DNA of 64,000 nt from a virus. How positions within the stretch are numbered: the first letter of the stretch is position 1; the number at the start of each line of letters is the position of its first letter. The stretch is from positions 1 through 64,000 of the IMG/VR virus record IMGVR_UViG_3300034200_001443, one strand, 5' to 3'. Below the pieces are notes generated by a model. It made no database searches. It worked only from the letters and a program-made list of their open reading frames with translations, and was not told the DNA's origin. Both the position numbers and the translations under genes were made by a program. Below, piece after piece: positions 24,468-33,907 of this stretch.

Positions 24468-24818
24468 CTATTTAAGTTTTTCTGACTCTATTTTTCCTAC
24501 TTCATATCCGCATCCTGCGTAGCCAGCAATATCTATCCAAGTGTCTGGTTGGAAGCCAGATCCATGAGCAAAGCGTGCCATCTTTAAACCAACCATCATC
24601 ATTGCAACCTGCTCATTTGTAATCTCTTGTCCAAGAATTACAGACCAGATTTTTGCAGTTCTTGTAAAGTTTTCCTCTGGTCCGCCATAATTAGCGTTTC
24701 TATCCTGTGTAGTAATTCGAGCAGCTTCACGAAGCGCCTCTACTCGATGCGGGGTATCAGAAGTCTGTTTCATATATTCATTAACAGGGGGAACTGTGCT
24801 ATTTATATTGTCAGACAT
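24468..24818 (-). CDS. DUF6378-like phage protein
   Basis: DR...YG.PE.NF.R.A.IWS...VA.MM..LK.AR...D.W.DIAGYA pattern. Confidence 0.75.
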   Translation of the reverse strand: MSDNINSTVPPVNEYMKQTSDTPHRVEALREAARITTQDRNANYGGPEENFTRTAKIWSVILGQEITNEQVAMMMVGLKMARFAHGSGFQPDTWIDIAGYAGCGYEVGKIESEKLK

Positions 24819-25023
24819 TTTTCAACCTCGCAGTCACTAAAGCGGTATATGAGTAGGTACTAGTTGTTTTTGTGTTTGGTTCTATTTCTAATTCATAGCT
24901 AACATACTTGCTAAGCTCTTCAAGATCTACTTCTATAAAATTACATAGTTCTTTTTTAGCTTTTTCTTGTATGTTTTGATAATCACTACCATCAACTCTA
25001 AACTTAAAAACTGCTGAGTTCAC
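24811..25023 (-). CDS. Hypothetical protein
   Basis: Overlaps both neighbours in the same direction. Confidence 0.65.
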   Translation of the reverse strand: MNSAVFKFRVDGSDYQNIQEKAKKELCNFIEVDLEELSKYVSYELEIEPNTKTTSTYSYTALVTARLKNV

Positions 25024-25463
25024 TATGGAACTCGTTTCTCAAGCTGCTGAGGCGTGTAGTGGTAGCCCTCAAGTACAGGCTCTTTGCCATCAGTTGTTTT
25101 TACAATAATGTCTCCGTAGCGAATACTTACTACTTTGCCACGACGTCCATTATGTAGTTTACCCATGTCGCCATCAAATGCATTCCACTTGACTCTGACT
25201 TCATCAGCAACAACGATCTGACCAGATTGCGCTGGCACCCATCGTTCATTTTTGTTTTCTGCAATGATTGCATGCCCTAAAGCTAGTTTGCCAAACAGTT
25301 CAACAATCTGACTTAGGTTTGCTTCATTCTTAACTGGGTCTGGATCCGTGTTTTTTAGATCCTCCCACTTTTCTAGTAGGGCAATAACATGATCGCCAAC
25401 AACCCTTTTAGTGCGGTTGTTGGTCAATTGTTCTTTGACCCACGGCATATTTACTTTTGCCAT
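25023..25463 (-). CDS. Hypothetical protein with C-terminal KOW/SH3-like segment
   Basis: Start moved to MAKVNMPW (aaagga RBS); DEVRVK...NGRRGKVVSIRYGDIIV. Confidence 0.7.
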   Translation of the reverse strand: MAKVNMPWVKEQLTNNRTKRVVGDHVIALLEKWEDLKNTDPDPVKNEANLSQIVELFGKLALGHAIIAENKNERWVPAQSGQIVVADEVRVKWNAFDGDMGKLHNGRRGKVVSIRYGDIIVKTTDGKEPVLEGYHYTPQQLEKRVP

Positions 25464-25489
25464 CTCGCTGTCCTTTCGTACAGTTTTGC

Positions 25490-26518
25490 CTAGACTAACG
25501 ACAACTGGCTCTGGTTGTCCAGAGCTCTCGCTGTTTTTTCCAGAGAGTCCGCGTATGAAGGCACTGCCTCTCTGTAAAAATCTTTCTGTGCTTGAGCCAT
25601 TAGCATTCTTTCCTCTGGACTCATTTCCTCTACTGTCGAAGGTAAATACGCCCATTCTGCTCCTAGCTCGGCGGTATGACGCCATTCAGTAACAACAGGA
25701 ACACCTGCTACAAGTGATTGTGAGATTGCAACAGACCACCAAGGATCTCCACCTTGATAGGTACTTATTAAAGTACCGATAGATCTTTGCATTTTTTCTT
25801 GAACTACATCTTTTTTAGTGTAATTATTGTATCTAATAGATTCAATAGGAACATTTAAATTTGCAGATACTTTTTTAGTCCACGCTGATTTAGGGTTGTC
25901 AGCGCACCAATAAGTTTTATGTACAGGGCTAACTCTGTCTTCAGAAGCATCTATTAGAACTCTATCAAAGCAAAGAGATACTATGTTTTCTTCATCTAAA
26001 TTAGGAATACTATCAACAACTGTTTTCTTAGAAAACCAAGGCATACTAGGCACATATGTTTGATCCCACTTATTATTGTGTAAGTAATCTATAAAAGAAG
26101 AAATTTGCTCTTTATTTTCTGGCTTTACTGCATTGTCGTATTGAAGTCTCTTTGAGTAAAAATCTTTATAAAAATCATCTGTCCCTGTGTAAAAATCTCT
26201 TACAGTTGTTTTAATCTTTTGTGGCTCTGGCATATCTACAATTAAACGAAGCTTCCCAATCTCCTTTGCCTTATTTGCCAAAGCAAAAGCTCCGTGTGCG
26301 TAGTGAGCTGATATGTTTGATGGAGATGCTAGCCCTACAAAAATAGCATCGTATTGATTTAAATGTTCTTTTGTGTATGTAAAGTGTGGCTTTGTAAGAA
26401 CAACTTCATGTCCTAATTCAATAAAAGCATTATGAAGAAGACCAGTAAAGGTCGGATAACGACTTATGGCGTTAAGAGATGACTGAGATGCTGTACATCC
26501 AGTTACTAATATTTTCAT
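25490..26518 (-). CDS. Putative GT-B-fold glycosyltransferase
   Basis: MKILVTG...LGHEV...YDAIFVG N-terminus and 'QSLVAGVPVVTE' C-terminal motif typical of GT-B enzymes; start moved to the ATG at 26518. Confidence 0.55.
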   Translation of the reverse strand: MKILVTGCTASQSSLNAISRYPTFTGLLHNAFIELGHEVVLTKPHFTYTKEHLNQYDAIFVGLASPSNISAHYAHGAFALANKAKEIGKLRLIVDMPEPQKIKTTVRDFYTGTDDFYKDFYSKRLQYDNAVKPENKEQISSFIDYLHNNKWDQTYVPSMPWFSKKTVVDSIPNLDEENIVSLCFDRVLIDASEDRVSPVHKTYWCADNPKSAWTKKVSANLNVPIESIRYNNYTKKDVVQEKMQRSIGTLISTYQGGDPWWSVAISQSLVAGVPVVTEWRHTAELGAEWAYLPSTVEEMSPEERMLMAQAQKDFYREAVPSYADSLEKTARALDNQSQLSLV

Positions 26519-26538
26519 AATTTCCTTATCTTGGATTA

Positions 26539-26579
26539 CTAAATTGCTACCCAACAAAAACCGTTGGGTAGCAACCTAG
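26539..26579 (-). terminator. Stem-loop downstream of the SSB gene
   Basis: Perfect 12-bp inverted repeat ttgctacccaac/gttgggtagcaa, extendable with G-U pairs. Confidence 0.65.
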
Positions 26580-26589
26580 CAAAACCAGC

Positions 26590-27123
26590 TTAGAACGGTG
26601 AGACTGGAGCTGCAGCAGGTGCTGGAGCGGCAGCAGGAGCTGGCGCTGGAGCAGGAGCTGGAGCAGATGCAACAGGTGCTGGAGCGGCTGTCTCGCCATT
26701 CATTGCAGCAACTGTCTGTGCACTTGGATAATAGTTCTTGATTTCGTTCTTCTTAGCGCCGTTATAAAGACGACTACCAATCTGTGCACGGAATCGTCGA
26801 CCTAGAATTGCAGCTTCGATTTGAGCATTTGTTGGGTTGTTGTCGAAGTAGCCACGACCAATTCCCATGGCGTGGAACTTCTTAAACAAGATTCCCAGCG
26901 CTGCTGGAGAATCTGGTGAGACAACTAAGTTGTCCCATACAAGACGCTTGTTATGGGCTCCGCCCTCAACCTGCGCCTTTACTTTGAACATGGTTTTGCC
27001 AGATTGCGATGTTGTCGCAGTGGCTTCCACGACTACGAGATCGTAGTCGCCGTCTGGTAGAGGTTCGTAATTACCCGAATCACCAGCGTCTTTAATGAGG
27101 TCTGCCCAATTGCGTGAACTCAC
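26590..27123 (-). CDS. DUF669-like single-stranded DNA-binding protein
   Basis: PLPDGDY...SGK.M...V..G....R.VWD motif, Pro/Ala-rich tail ending in PF; follows the AAA ATPase. Confidence 0.75.
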   Translation of the reverse strand: MSSRNWADLIKDAGDSGNYEPLPDGDYDLVVVEATATTSQSGKTMFKVKAQVEGGAHNKRLVWDNLVVSPDSPAALGILFKKFHAMGIGRGYFDNNPTNAQIEAAILGRRFRAQIGSRLYNGAKKNEIKNYYPSAQTVAAMNGETAAPAPVASAPAPAPAPAPAAAPAPAAAPVSPF

Positions 27124-27902
27124 TGAGTGCCTTCTTCCTTTGTAGTTGTTTCAGCTGCCGCTGCTTGTTTTGGTCCAAAAACAATGTCTAGCATTTTTTC
27201 AATTGACATGTTTTCTTGTTCTACGACTTTGCCAAGGCGTCCTTGGACACGCTCGCCAGCTTCGTATTGATTAGTGCGTTCAACATACATACGACGAACT
27301 TTGTATGGAAGTTGAGTTGGATCTGGGTTATGACGTTCTTCAACGGTAATCGCTCCCAGAATGTCGTAGAAGTAAGGAGCTTGAATTGCAAGCTGACCTT
27401 GTAGGTATGGACGATAACGACCATCTTTATCAAGACGAGCCATTGCAGTCAATACAACCGCTTCTAACGGATTTGATGGATGCATTGTTAAGTCACGGAG
27501 GTCTCGTAAAAGACCGCCCATATGACGAAGCAACTCTCCCCATTGCTGCTGTGTCATTTGATTAACACCAGCAATGTTTTCCAAGCACTTCACTTGAAGC
27601 TCAGATACAGAGTCAATAATAAGACTCTTGAAATGATGCTTACCAAGTTGAAGCCATTGGTATGTTTTTAGAACAGTATCGTAATCACGAACTGTGACTA
27701 CAACAGTGTCCCATGTTCCATCTGCTAGAGGTGGTTCCTCACGCAGTGGGTCCCAATACTTGACGACGATAGGCAAAAATCTGTGACCGCCTTCTACGTC
27801 AAGCATGAGTCGTGGGTAAGGTGCGGTAACAGCAAGACTTGATTTACCAACCTTGCTCTCTCCATACACCATTACAGTAAGAGAGCGTTGAATTTCGCTC
27901 AT
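27120..27902 (-). CDS. AAA_24 / Sak4-like recombination ATPase
   Basis: YGESKVGKS Walker A, LDVEGG, LIIDSVSE Walker B. Confidence 0.8.
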   Translation of the reverse strand: MSEIQRSLTVMVYGESKVGKSSLAVTAPYPRLMLDVEGGHRFLPIVVKYWDPLREEPPLADGTWDTVVVTVRDYDTVLKTYQWLQLGKHHFKSLIIDSVSELQVKCLENIAGVNQMTQQQWGELLRHMGGLLRDLRDLTMHPSNPLEAVVLTAMARLDKDGRYRPYLQGQLAIQAPYFYDILGAITVEERHNPDPTQLPYKVRRMYVERTNQYEAGERVQGRLGKVVEQENMSIEKMLDIVFGPKQAAAAETTTKEEGTQ

Positions 27903-27904
27903 CG

Positions 27905-28834
27905 TCACTCGCTTCCTTTTTTGTCAGTTGTATCGTAATAAGCATATGGGTCTGCGACCTCATATGCATCGCTAATTGCTTGTTCGGCGGCGCTTCCGTC
28001 GTCAAACATTGGGCAAATAGCGAAGAATTGGCATTTCCATTTGCAATCACGAGTTGGTCGTGGATATGCAACATATGTATGTTCTGCTCCTGTATCAAGA
28101 GCTTTACGAACATTCATAAGATCAGCGATGGTTCCGTGGATTCGATTCCAAAAAGAACGCATTGTAAAAATGTTATGGCGAATTTCTACTTGATCGTAGA
28201 AAGGTGGACGAGCATTTGCTGTGCGCTTTACTTTCTTTAGCATTGTAAAAATGCCACCTTCAGAACGCTCTGCCTCATCAGCCTTAGTTGATTCAAGAAG
28301 CATATATGTCATTACTTGCTCATTCATATGAGCTAAGTTTGCAAAGTCACTAAGAGAGCCACCTACTGTTTTAAAGTCACGAAACATACGAACACCATCG
28401 CCTTTGCGACGAACTCGCATATCAAGCTTTCCCTGTAGCTCAACTTCTCCATTAAACAGTGGAGCAATAATTGTTTCTTCTGTAGAAATCATTTCAAGTT
28501 CTGCATCAATTCCATTTTCTTCAACCCACTGCTCATAGCCTTCAAGCATGATGCGACCCATCTCTGCTTCTTGCTCTAATTGATAAGTGTCTTGAAAATC
28601 AACAAGAAGTAGTTGACGATCTGTCTCAACTAAGTCTGCGTGTGCTTGAATAAGTGGAAGACCTTGAGCGTAGTGAGCATCGAGTGCTGCGTGGATACGA
28701 CTACCAAAAGCTAATGCGCCAGTCATATCTCTGTACTTTGGTTGCAAACGGCGGTAATACGCAAGCCACCATTTACGGCGACAATCTTTAAATGTTTGTA
28801 GTTCAGAATTTGAAAGTCTTACTACATCGCTCAT
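27905..28834 (-). CDS. Cas4/RecB-like PD-(D/E)XK exonuclease
   Basis: LS.S.L.TF..C.RKW, GKLD, DFKT, and C-terminal C...C.F..IC cluster. Confidence 0.85.
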   Translation of the reverse strand: MSDVVRLSNSELQTFKDCRRKWWLAYYRRLQPKYRDMTGALAFGSRIHAALDAHYAQGLPLIQAHADLVETDRQLLLVDFQDTYQLEQEAEMGRIMLEGYEQWVEENGIDAELEMISTEETIIAPLFNGEVELQGKLDMRVRRKGDGVRMFRDFKTVGGSLSDFANLAHMNEQVMTYMLLESTKADEAERSEGGIFTMLKKVKRTANARPPFYDQVEIRHNIFTMRSFWNRIHGTIADLMNVRKALDTGAEHTYVAYPRPTRDCKWKCQFFAICPMFDDGSAAEQAISDAYEVADPYAYYDTTDKKGSE

Positions 28835-30633
28835 AGCGCCCCTGCCTTATCATCCTTGAGCAACTTCATTAGTTGATCTTTGTCTCGAACGATTTGTTCG
28901 AAGTTATCTGATTTTGTCTCTAGTACTTGTAAAACTCTTTCTTCAATTGTTCCTTCTGTTACATAATCCATAATAAATATTGAGTCGTGAATTTCACTTC
29001 CAATACGATGCACACGATCTAGTGCTTGTTTATGGTCAACTAGTGACCAAGGTCGTTGAAGCATAACTAAACGTCGGGCTGCAGTCAAGGTAATACCTAC
29101 TCCACCAGCCTGTGCCGTAAACAGAATCCACTTAATACGACCTTCTTGAAAATCATCTACTGCCTTTTGACGCTCATCTTCATTTTGAGCACCAGTAATA
29201 AGTCCGTGAGGGATTTTTGCCTTTGTCATGGCAGCACTTAAAATTTCAATAAGCTGTCTAGATACGGCGCAAACTGCAACTGAGTCATCTCCAAAGTCCC
29301 CATTGCTGATGTCATCCATCAGTGAATCGACTTTACAGGAAGGTTCTGTCAAAACCGTTTTCAACTCACCACTTGATTCATCAACAACCATATCGGCGTA
29401 AGAACTGGCAAACTGTAGCAATCGAGTTGTTTGAGTTAAAATACTTGGAGCGGTTAGCGCATCACCAGACTCAAGCTCAGCAATCATTGTGTCACGCATC
29501 TGCTCATAAGCTTTTCTTTGCTTAGGAGACATTTCTACATCTCTGCGTTCATTTATAACTGGAGGTAAATGTGGAAGCACAACCTTTTTAAGCATACGAC
29601 GCATAACAGGGTTTACAGATTTATAAAATTCGTCTTGCATCATTGGTTTAACGCCAATAACCATCATTCCACCAAAAGCATTGAGCATTATGTCAATCAT
29701 TCGATCAATCCATTTTGTCTTAGATGGCCAATCTTTAGGTGATAGCCAGTGAAGAATAGACCAAAGGTCTACAACATTGTTAGCAATTGGAGTACCAGTT
29801 AAAGCAAAACGAATTTCAGCATCACCTGTTGCGGACCACAAAGCACGACTTTGTTTTGATTTAGGATCTTTAGATCTATGAATTTCATCGGCAACTACAG
29901 CCTTAAAATCAATTGCATTTAACTCTCTTGGATGCACTTCGCAACGAGTTTCGGTGACAGCCTCATTAAGACCGCCACAAGCTTTGCAGTGAACTAGAGC
30001 AATAGAGCCGTATCCAGAAAGCCTTGAGTGAGAGCGTAAAGATTCCCAATTAATAATATAAACATCTGCATCTGAATCAAATTGTTTTTTACGTTGAGCC
30101 GAGCTTCCCTTAATTACTTGAGTCTTAACTCCTCCGGGCCACCATCTAGCAAACTCTCTAGCCCAGTTCTTTTTAAGAGTGTTAGGGCAAACAATTAGGG
30201 CTGGAAATACGTCTTCTCCAGACTCTTGTAAAGCCTTAAGAGCACGAATGGCTTGAGCGGTTTTTCCTAAGCCCGGCTCATCTGCCAATAGAGCCCTACG
30301 AGCCGTTTTAAGGAACTGAACCCCTGCTCTTTGATGAGGAAATAGATCTTCGTCCCCGTCGGCGCTTTCAAGCTCTCTGAGGGCGTTTGAGGGGGTAATA
30401 CGGGTGTTTAACTCATTAGTAGCCCACTCAGTAAGGTTAGGACCAATAGTCAATCCATCTCTAAATGTAGAGCGTAAAGCAAGACAAGTAGTCCAACTAA
30501 GTGGAGCTCTCCAGACTTGGTCCTTAGGGCTCCAGGAAGCCCCTGGAAGGCTCTTACAGAGCTCTTTATAGCGCCAGTCGGTAGTTAGAAGGATGTGCTT
30601 TTTATCGGCATCCACTTCGGCTATTACAGACAA
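28831..30633 (-). CDS. SNF2-family helicase
   Basis: LLADEPGLGKT, DEIH, LTGTP, GGVGITLT and QALDRVHRIG. Confidence 0.92.
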   Translation of the reverse strand: MSVIAEVDADKKHILLTTDWRYKELCKSLPGASWSPKDQVWRAPLSWTTCLALRSTFRDGLTIGPNLTEWATNELNTRITPSNALRELESADGDEDLFPHQRAGVQFLKTARRALLADEPGLGKTAQAIRALKALQESGEDVFPALIVCPNTLKKNWAREFARWWPGGVKTQVIKGSSAQRKKQFDSDADVYIINWESLRSHSRLSGYGSIALVHCKACGGLNEAVTETRCEVHPRELNAIDFKAVVADEIHRSKDPKSKQSRALWSATGDAEIRFALTGTPIANNVVDLWSILHWLSPKDWPSKTKWIDRMIDIMLNAFGGMMVIGVKPMMQDEFYKSVNPVMRRMLKKVVLPHLPPVINERRDVEMSPKQRKAYEQMRDTMIAELESGDALTAPSILTQTTRLLQFASSYADMVVDESSGELKTVLTEPSCKVDSLMDDISNGDFGDDSVAVCAVSRQLIEILSAAMTKAKIPHGLITGAQNEDERQKAVDDFQEGRIKWILFTAQAGGVGITLTAARRLVMLQRPWSLVDHKQALDRVHRIGSEIHDSIFIMDYVTEGTIEERVLQVLETKSDNFEQIVRDKDQLMKLLKDDKAGAL

Positions 30634-30663
30634 CTTACCCTCTTTTCCCTGTCATTATGTCAC

Positions 30664-30706
30664 ATGCGGTTCTAAAACTTTTTTGAAGATGTTTATCTTA
30701 CCGCAT
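30664..30706 (-). promoter_or_regulatory. Intergenic stem-loop between resolvase and helicase
   Basis: atgcggt ... accgcat inverted repeat starting immediately after the resolvase stop codon. Confidence 0.4.
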
Positions 30707-30707
30707 A

Positions 30708-31172
30708 TTAGTCTAGCAGAACTCTTGGTTTCCAGCCAGTTTTAACCAGCCTAAGTAAAGCGTGTCGTATTGCATCATTTGCATGCCCTTCTCCCCCAAC
30801 GTACCAAGTCCCTACTTTTTTGAGGGCTTCGTTAGGAAACATTGCTTTGGCATCTGCTGGGGACTGCATAGCAATCTTTTCTGGGTTATATCCGTGTTCT
30901 CTACAAATATGTTTTAAAACCCCTATTTGTTCAAGGCTGTAGGGCGCTTGAGAATTACGAACAGTTTGAGCATTGATGGTAAATCTTTCACAGACAACAG
31001 TAAAGTCGTCAAAAAGGTTCCAACCATTCATAAATGTATTTAATGCCAGTCCATACTCTTCAGGCTGAGATTCACTAGAATAAATAATTGTTGGAGTTTC
31101 TTCAGGTCCAGCTAAAGACATAAAAATAATTCCGCTTGCTTTGCCTGGATCTACTGCTAATACATGTTTCAT
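30708..31172 (-). CDS. RuvC-like Holliday junction resolvase
   Basis: LAVDPGKASG, VVCE and HANDAIRH motifs. Confidence 0.75.
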   Translation of the reverse strand: MKHVLAVDPGKASGIIFMSLAGPEETPTIIYSSESQPEEYGLALNTFMNGWNLFDDFTVVCERFTINAQTVRNSQAPYSLEQIGVLKHICREHGYNPEKIAMQSPADAKAMFPNEALKKVGTWYVGGEGHANDAIRHALLRLVKTGWKPRVLLD

Positions 31173-33007
31173 CGGTACTTTTGCCCCCAGTTTTCTAGTG
31201 GACCGTCAACATCTGCTGTTAATGGAACTGCCCATCCTTCAGTTGTAGTCATACATTGACGAACTAAATGCTTAATCTCTTCAGCATCCTTGCGTGGAGC
31301 TTCAAGAACAATTTCATCGTGTACTGGAACAATTAGATGATCTGTTAAATCTGCTTGATCAAGTTTTACAAGATTAGATTTAAAAACTTCTGCTGCTCCA
31401 CCTTGGATTAAATAGTTAACAAGAGTGTAAGTGCGGTCTTCATCGCAAGGAATGCGACGACCAGTCCAAGTATGGACATATCCTTGACCCTCATTGCGAA
31501 GTCTAGTTTGTCCTATGTTATCAATTTGTCTTTGAAAAACTGCCATACCTGGATAATTAGCATCAAATGAATCAGAGACAGAACGCATTTGCGCCTCTGG
31601 AACTCCAGCAGTAAGAGCTTGCTTAGCAACACCTGCTCCATAGAGTCGTCCATAAACAACACCCTTGATTAGGTTACGACGCTTATCTGACTTTTGCATA
31701 TCTGGTTCTTGATAAACCTGACGACCAATTTCAGTAAACGGATCAGAACCAGTTGCATCTGCTTTGTGAAATAGCGAAATAAGATTTTCATCTTCAGATA
31801 AAGATGCAAACATACGAAACTCAACTTGATCTAAGTCAGAGGTAATAATTACATTGCCTTCTTCTCTAGGAATAAAAGCTGTGCGAACAGTGTCATCTCC
31901 TTTAGGAAGAGTCTGTAAGGCTGGATCTGTAATAGACATACGAGATGTGCGAGCGCCTAATGTTTTTACAGAAGGATGAACTATGCCATCAATAGACTTT
32001 TCCATAAAGTTAGAAAAGTAGGTGTTAGCCAGTTTGTCAGCCTTGCGTTGCTTAAGAACATTTTCTGCAAGGTTTTTAACATCGCTGTTGCCATTAATCA
32101 TTAAAAGCTGAAGCTGGTCTTTGCTAGCAGATTTAGCTCCAGATGGAGTTGTTTCTGTAATATCTGCGCCAAGACCTTCAAGTAGACGAACTAGTTGAAT
32201 GTTACTTGTAATGCTTACTCCATTGTATGTACTTGATGCCCAATTTTTTACGGAATCTGAATATTGAATAAGTTCATCAAATTTCTTTTTAGAGTAATTT
32301 AAATCAATGCGAGCACCATTTAGCTCCATACGAGTAACAATTTTGCGTGTTGCCATCTCTAGCTCGTAAGCACGATTGTATGGTCCTTGTGGACCACACT
32401 TCTGGTAGAACTGTTCCCAAAGACGCATTGTCAAAACTGTATCTAGAGCACCGTAGACCCAGTAAGGCTCGTAGTTAGTTGGAACAGTTCCCCAAGTCCA
32501 ACCATTCTCAATTAGTCCTTGGTCAAGACTTTCTTGCATTGCAACAGCCTTTCCATCTACATAAAGAGCAGAGAGAGGCTTTAGCGCACCAGAACCTAAA
32601 GGATTAATAATGTGAGCCATAATCATCGTGTCATGAGCACGCTCCCATGGAATCTTCCATCGAGATTGAATATCAAACCAACGGGCTTCAAATGCAATGT
32701 TGTGACAAACAACAGGTCCATCAAATTTACTCATTGCTTCATAGAAAACACCGCCCCACTCATCCCAAGGAATAGACCAGCCAGTCATACCGTCTCCTAC
32801 TTGAACAAGGCGTAATTTTCCATGCCAAGGAGACAATGCATGCTCTCTTTTACCGCCAGGCAATTCACCTGTTTCAGTGTCAATTGCAATTGCGTTGTGT
32901 GGTCTTTTTTCACTTAACCATGAGATAAATTGCTGCGCTTTTTCTGCAGAATCTACAAGGTGCAGTTTTACGTTTCCCAGTCCGTTCGTCACTTGGTTGT
33001 CGCTCAT
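31169..33007 (-). CDS. polA: Family A DNA polymerase with 3'-5' exonuclease domain
   Basis: IDTET and YGALD exonuclease motifs; TSRMS..P.LQ; DLDQVEFR (motif A), KGVVYGRLYG (motif B), VHDEIV (motif C). Confidence 0.95.
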   Translation of the reverse strand: MSDNQVTNGLGNVKLHLVDSAEKAQQFISWLSEKRPHNAIAIDTETGELPGGKREHALSPWHGKLRLVQVGDGMTGWSIPWDEWGGVFYEAMSKFDGPVVCHNIAFEARWFDIQSRWKIPWERAHDTMIMAHIINPLGSGALKPLSALYVDGKAVAMQESLDQGLIENGWTWGTVPTNYEPYWVYGALDTVLTMRLWEQFYQKCGPQGPYNRAYELEMATRKIVTRMELNGARIDLNYSKKKFDELIQYSDSVKNWASSTYNGVSITSNIQLVRLLEGLGADITETTPSGAKSASKDQLQLLMINGNSDVKNLAENVLKQRKADKLANTYFSNFMEKSIDGIVHPSVKTLGARTSRMSITDPALQTLPKGDDTVRTAFIPREEGNVIITSDLDQVEFRMFASLSEDENLISLFHKADATGSDPFTEIGRQVYQEPDMQKSDKRRNLIKGVVYGRLYGAGVAKQALTAGVPEAQMRSVSDSFDANYPGMAVFQRQIDNIGQTRLRNEGQGYVHTWTGRRIPCDEDRTYTLVNYLIQGGAAEVFKSNLVKLDQADLTDHLIVPVHDEIVLEAPRKDAEEIKHLVRQCMTTTEGWAVPLTADVDGPLENWGQKYR

Positions 33008-33021
33008 TTGTTCCTAACTTC

Positions 33022-33492
33022 TTAAGGGATCATCTCGATTCTATAGATAGAATCTATTTTTTCATCATTCAGGGCTGCTCTTTCAAGCAACCTTTGTGCA
33101 ACGTTAGTAAGGTATCTTGCACCACCAGAGTCGTATTTGTAAAGTGCATCTAATACTGGTTCTGGGTCTTCGCTTACTTGGGCCCAATTTCTATCTGTTT
33201 CTGGAAATATAATAGGCATATCAAAGCTAGGATTGCACTCCTCACAAGGAATAGCATCGTCTCTTAGATCATCAACAATTCCTTCCTTTAAACCATAACG
33301 CTTAACTAAAGAACAGGTGGGTGAATGAAAGACTGTAGAGACACCTATACGAGAAAGAATATAGGACCCATTTTCAGTTTTGTAAAGCTTGAACTCGATC
33401 CAGCGTGTCGAGCCACGGCGCCACGAGGTTGACTCCCCTAGCAAACGCCCGTTAAACTGAAGAGTTCTTGAGCCATCTTTAACCTCATGCAT
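33022..33492 (-). CDS. Hypothetical protein
   Basis: Start moved to MHEVKDG, overlapping the end of the upstream gene; H...C and CEEC motifs. Confidence 0.7.
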   Translation of the reverse strand: MHEVKDGSRTLQFNGRLLGESTSWRRGSTRWIEFKLYKTENGSYILSRIGVSTVFHSPTCSLVKRYGLKEGIVDDLRDDAIPCEECNPSFDMPIIFPETDRNWAQVSEDPEPVLDALYKYDSGGARYLTNVAQRLLERAALNDEKIDSIYRIEMIP

Positions 33493-33907
33493 TAGGGACT
33501 TCTTCCCCTGTTTCAGGATCGTGAGTATGATCTGAATCTTCACCATGGGAATGACCTTCAGATATTTCCATAGTTGCATTTGGTTGTTCATTTTTAAAAT
33601 AAATATAGTTCCACCAAAGATTAATTTCATTGTTTGCCCATAAAAGTTCAAACCAACCGATAGCTGGCCAAGCTTCAGAACCTACAGGTTCATCTAATGC
33701 AATAAGTCTTAATGTTTCAGATTTATCTTGAATATATTGTATGCAATTGTTCATATGTGCATATATTAATTCTGCTGAAACGGCTTCTTTATCTTCGGTG
33801 TTTTCAAAGTTTATGCCCATACTAAATTCTTCACCAGAAGATGCAGTAAAAATTTTTTTAATAGCAGGTCGTGAACCTACTTCATAGCTAGCTTGATAAT
33901 TTATCAT
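33485..33907 (-). CDS. Hypothetical protein with His/acidic C-terminus, downstream of the tail fibres
   Basis: ggag RBS; ends ...GHSHGEDSDHTHD... Confidence 0.65.
   Translation of the reverse strand: MINYQASYEVGSRPAIKKIFTASSGEEFSMGINFENTEDKEAVSAELIYAHMNNCIQYIQDKSETLRLIALDEPVGSEAWPAIGWFELLWANNEINLWWNYIYFKNEQPNATMEISEGHSHGEDSDHTHDPETGEEVPNA

Noticed and set aside
25464-25685. Long N-terminal extensions in the ORF track (also starts at 18624, 24463, 26557, 33651, 56917)
   Set aside because: They overlap upstream genes or regulatory elements; downstream starts have an RBS or stop/start coupling.
27905-28834. Cas4-like gene as part of a CRISPR-Cas system
   Set aside because: No array or other cas genes; it sits with a Sak4-like ATPase and SSB in an ordinary phage recombination module.
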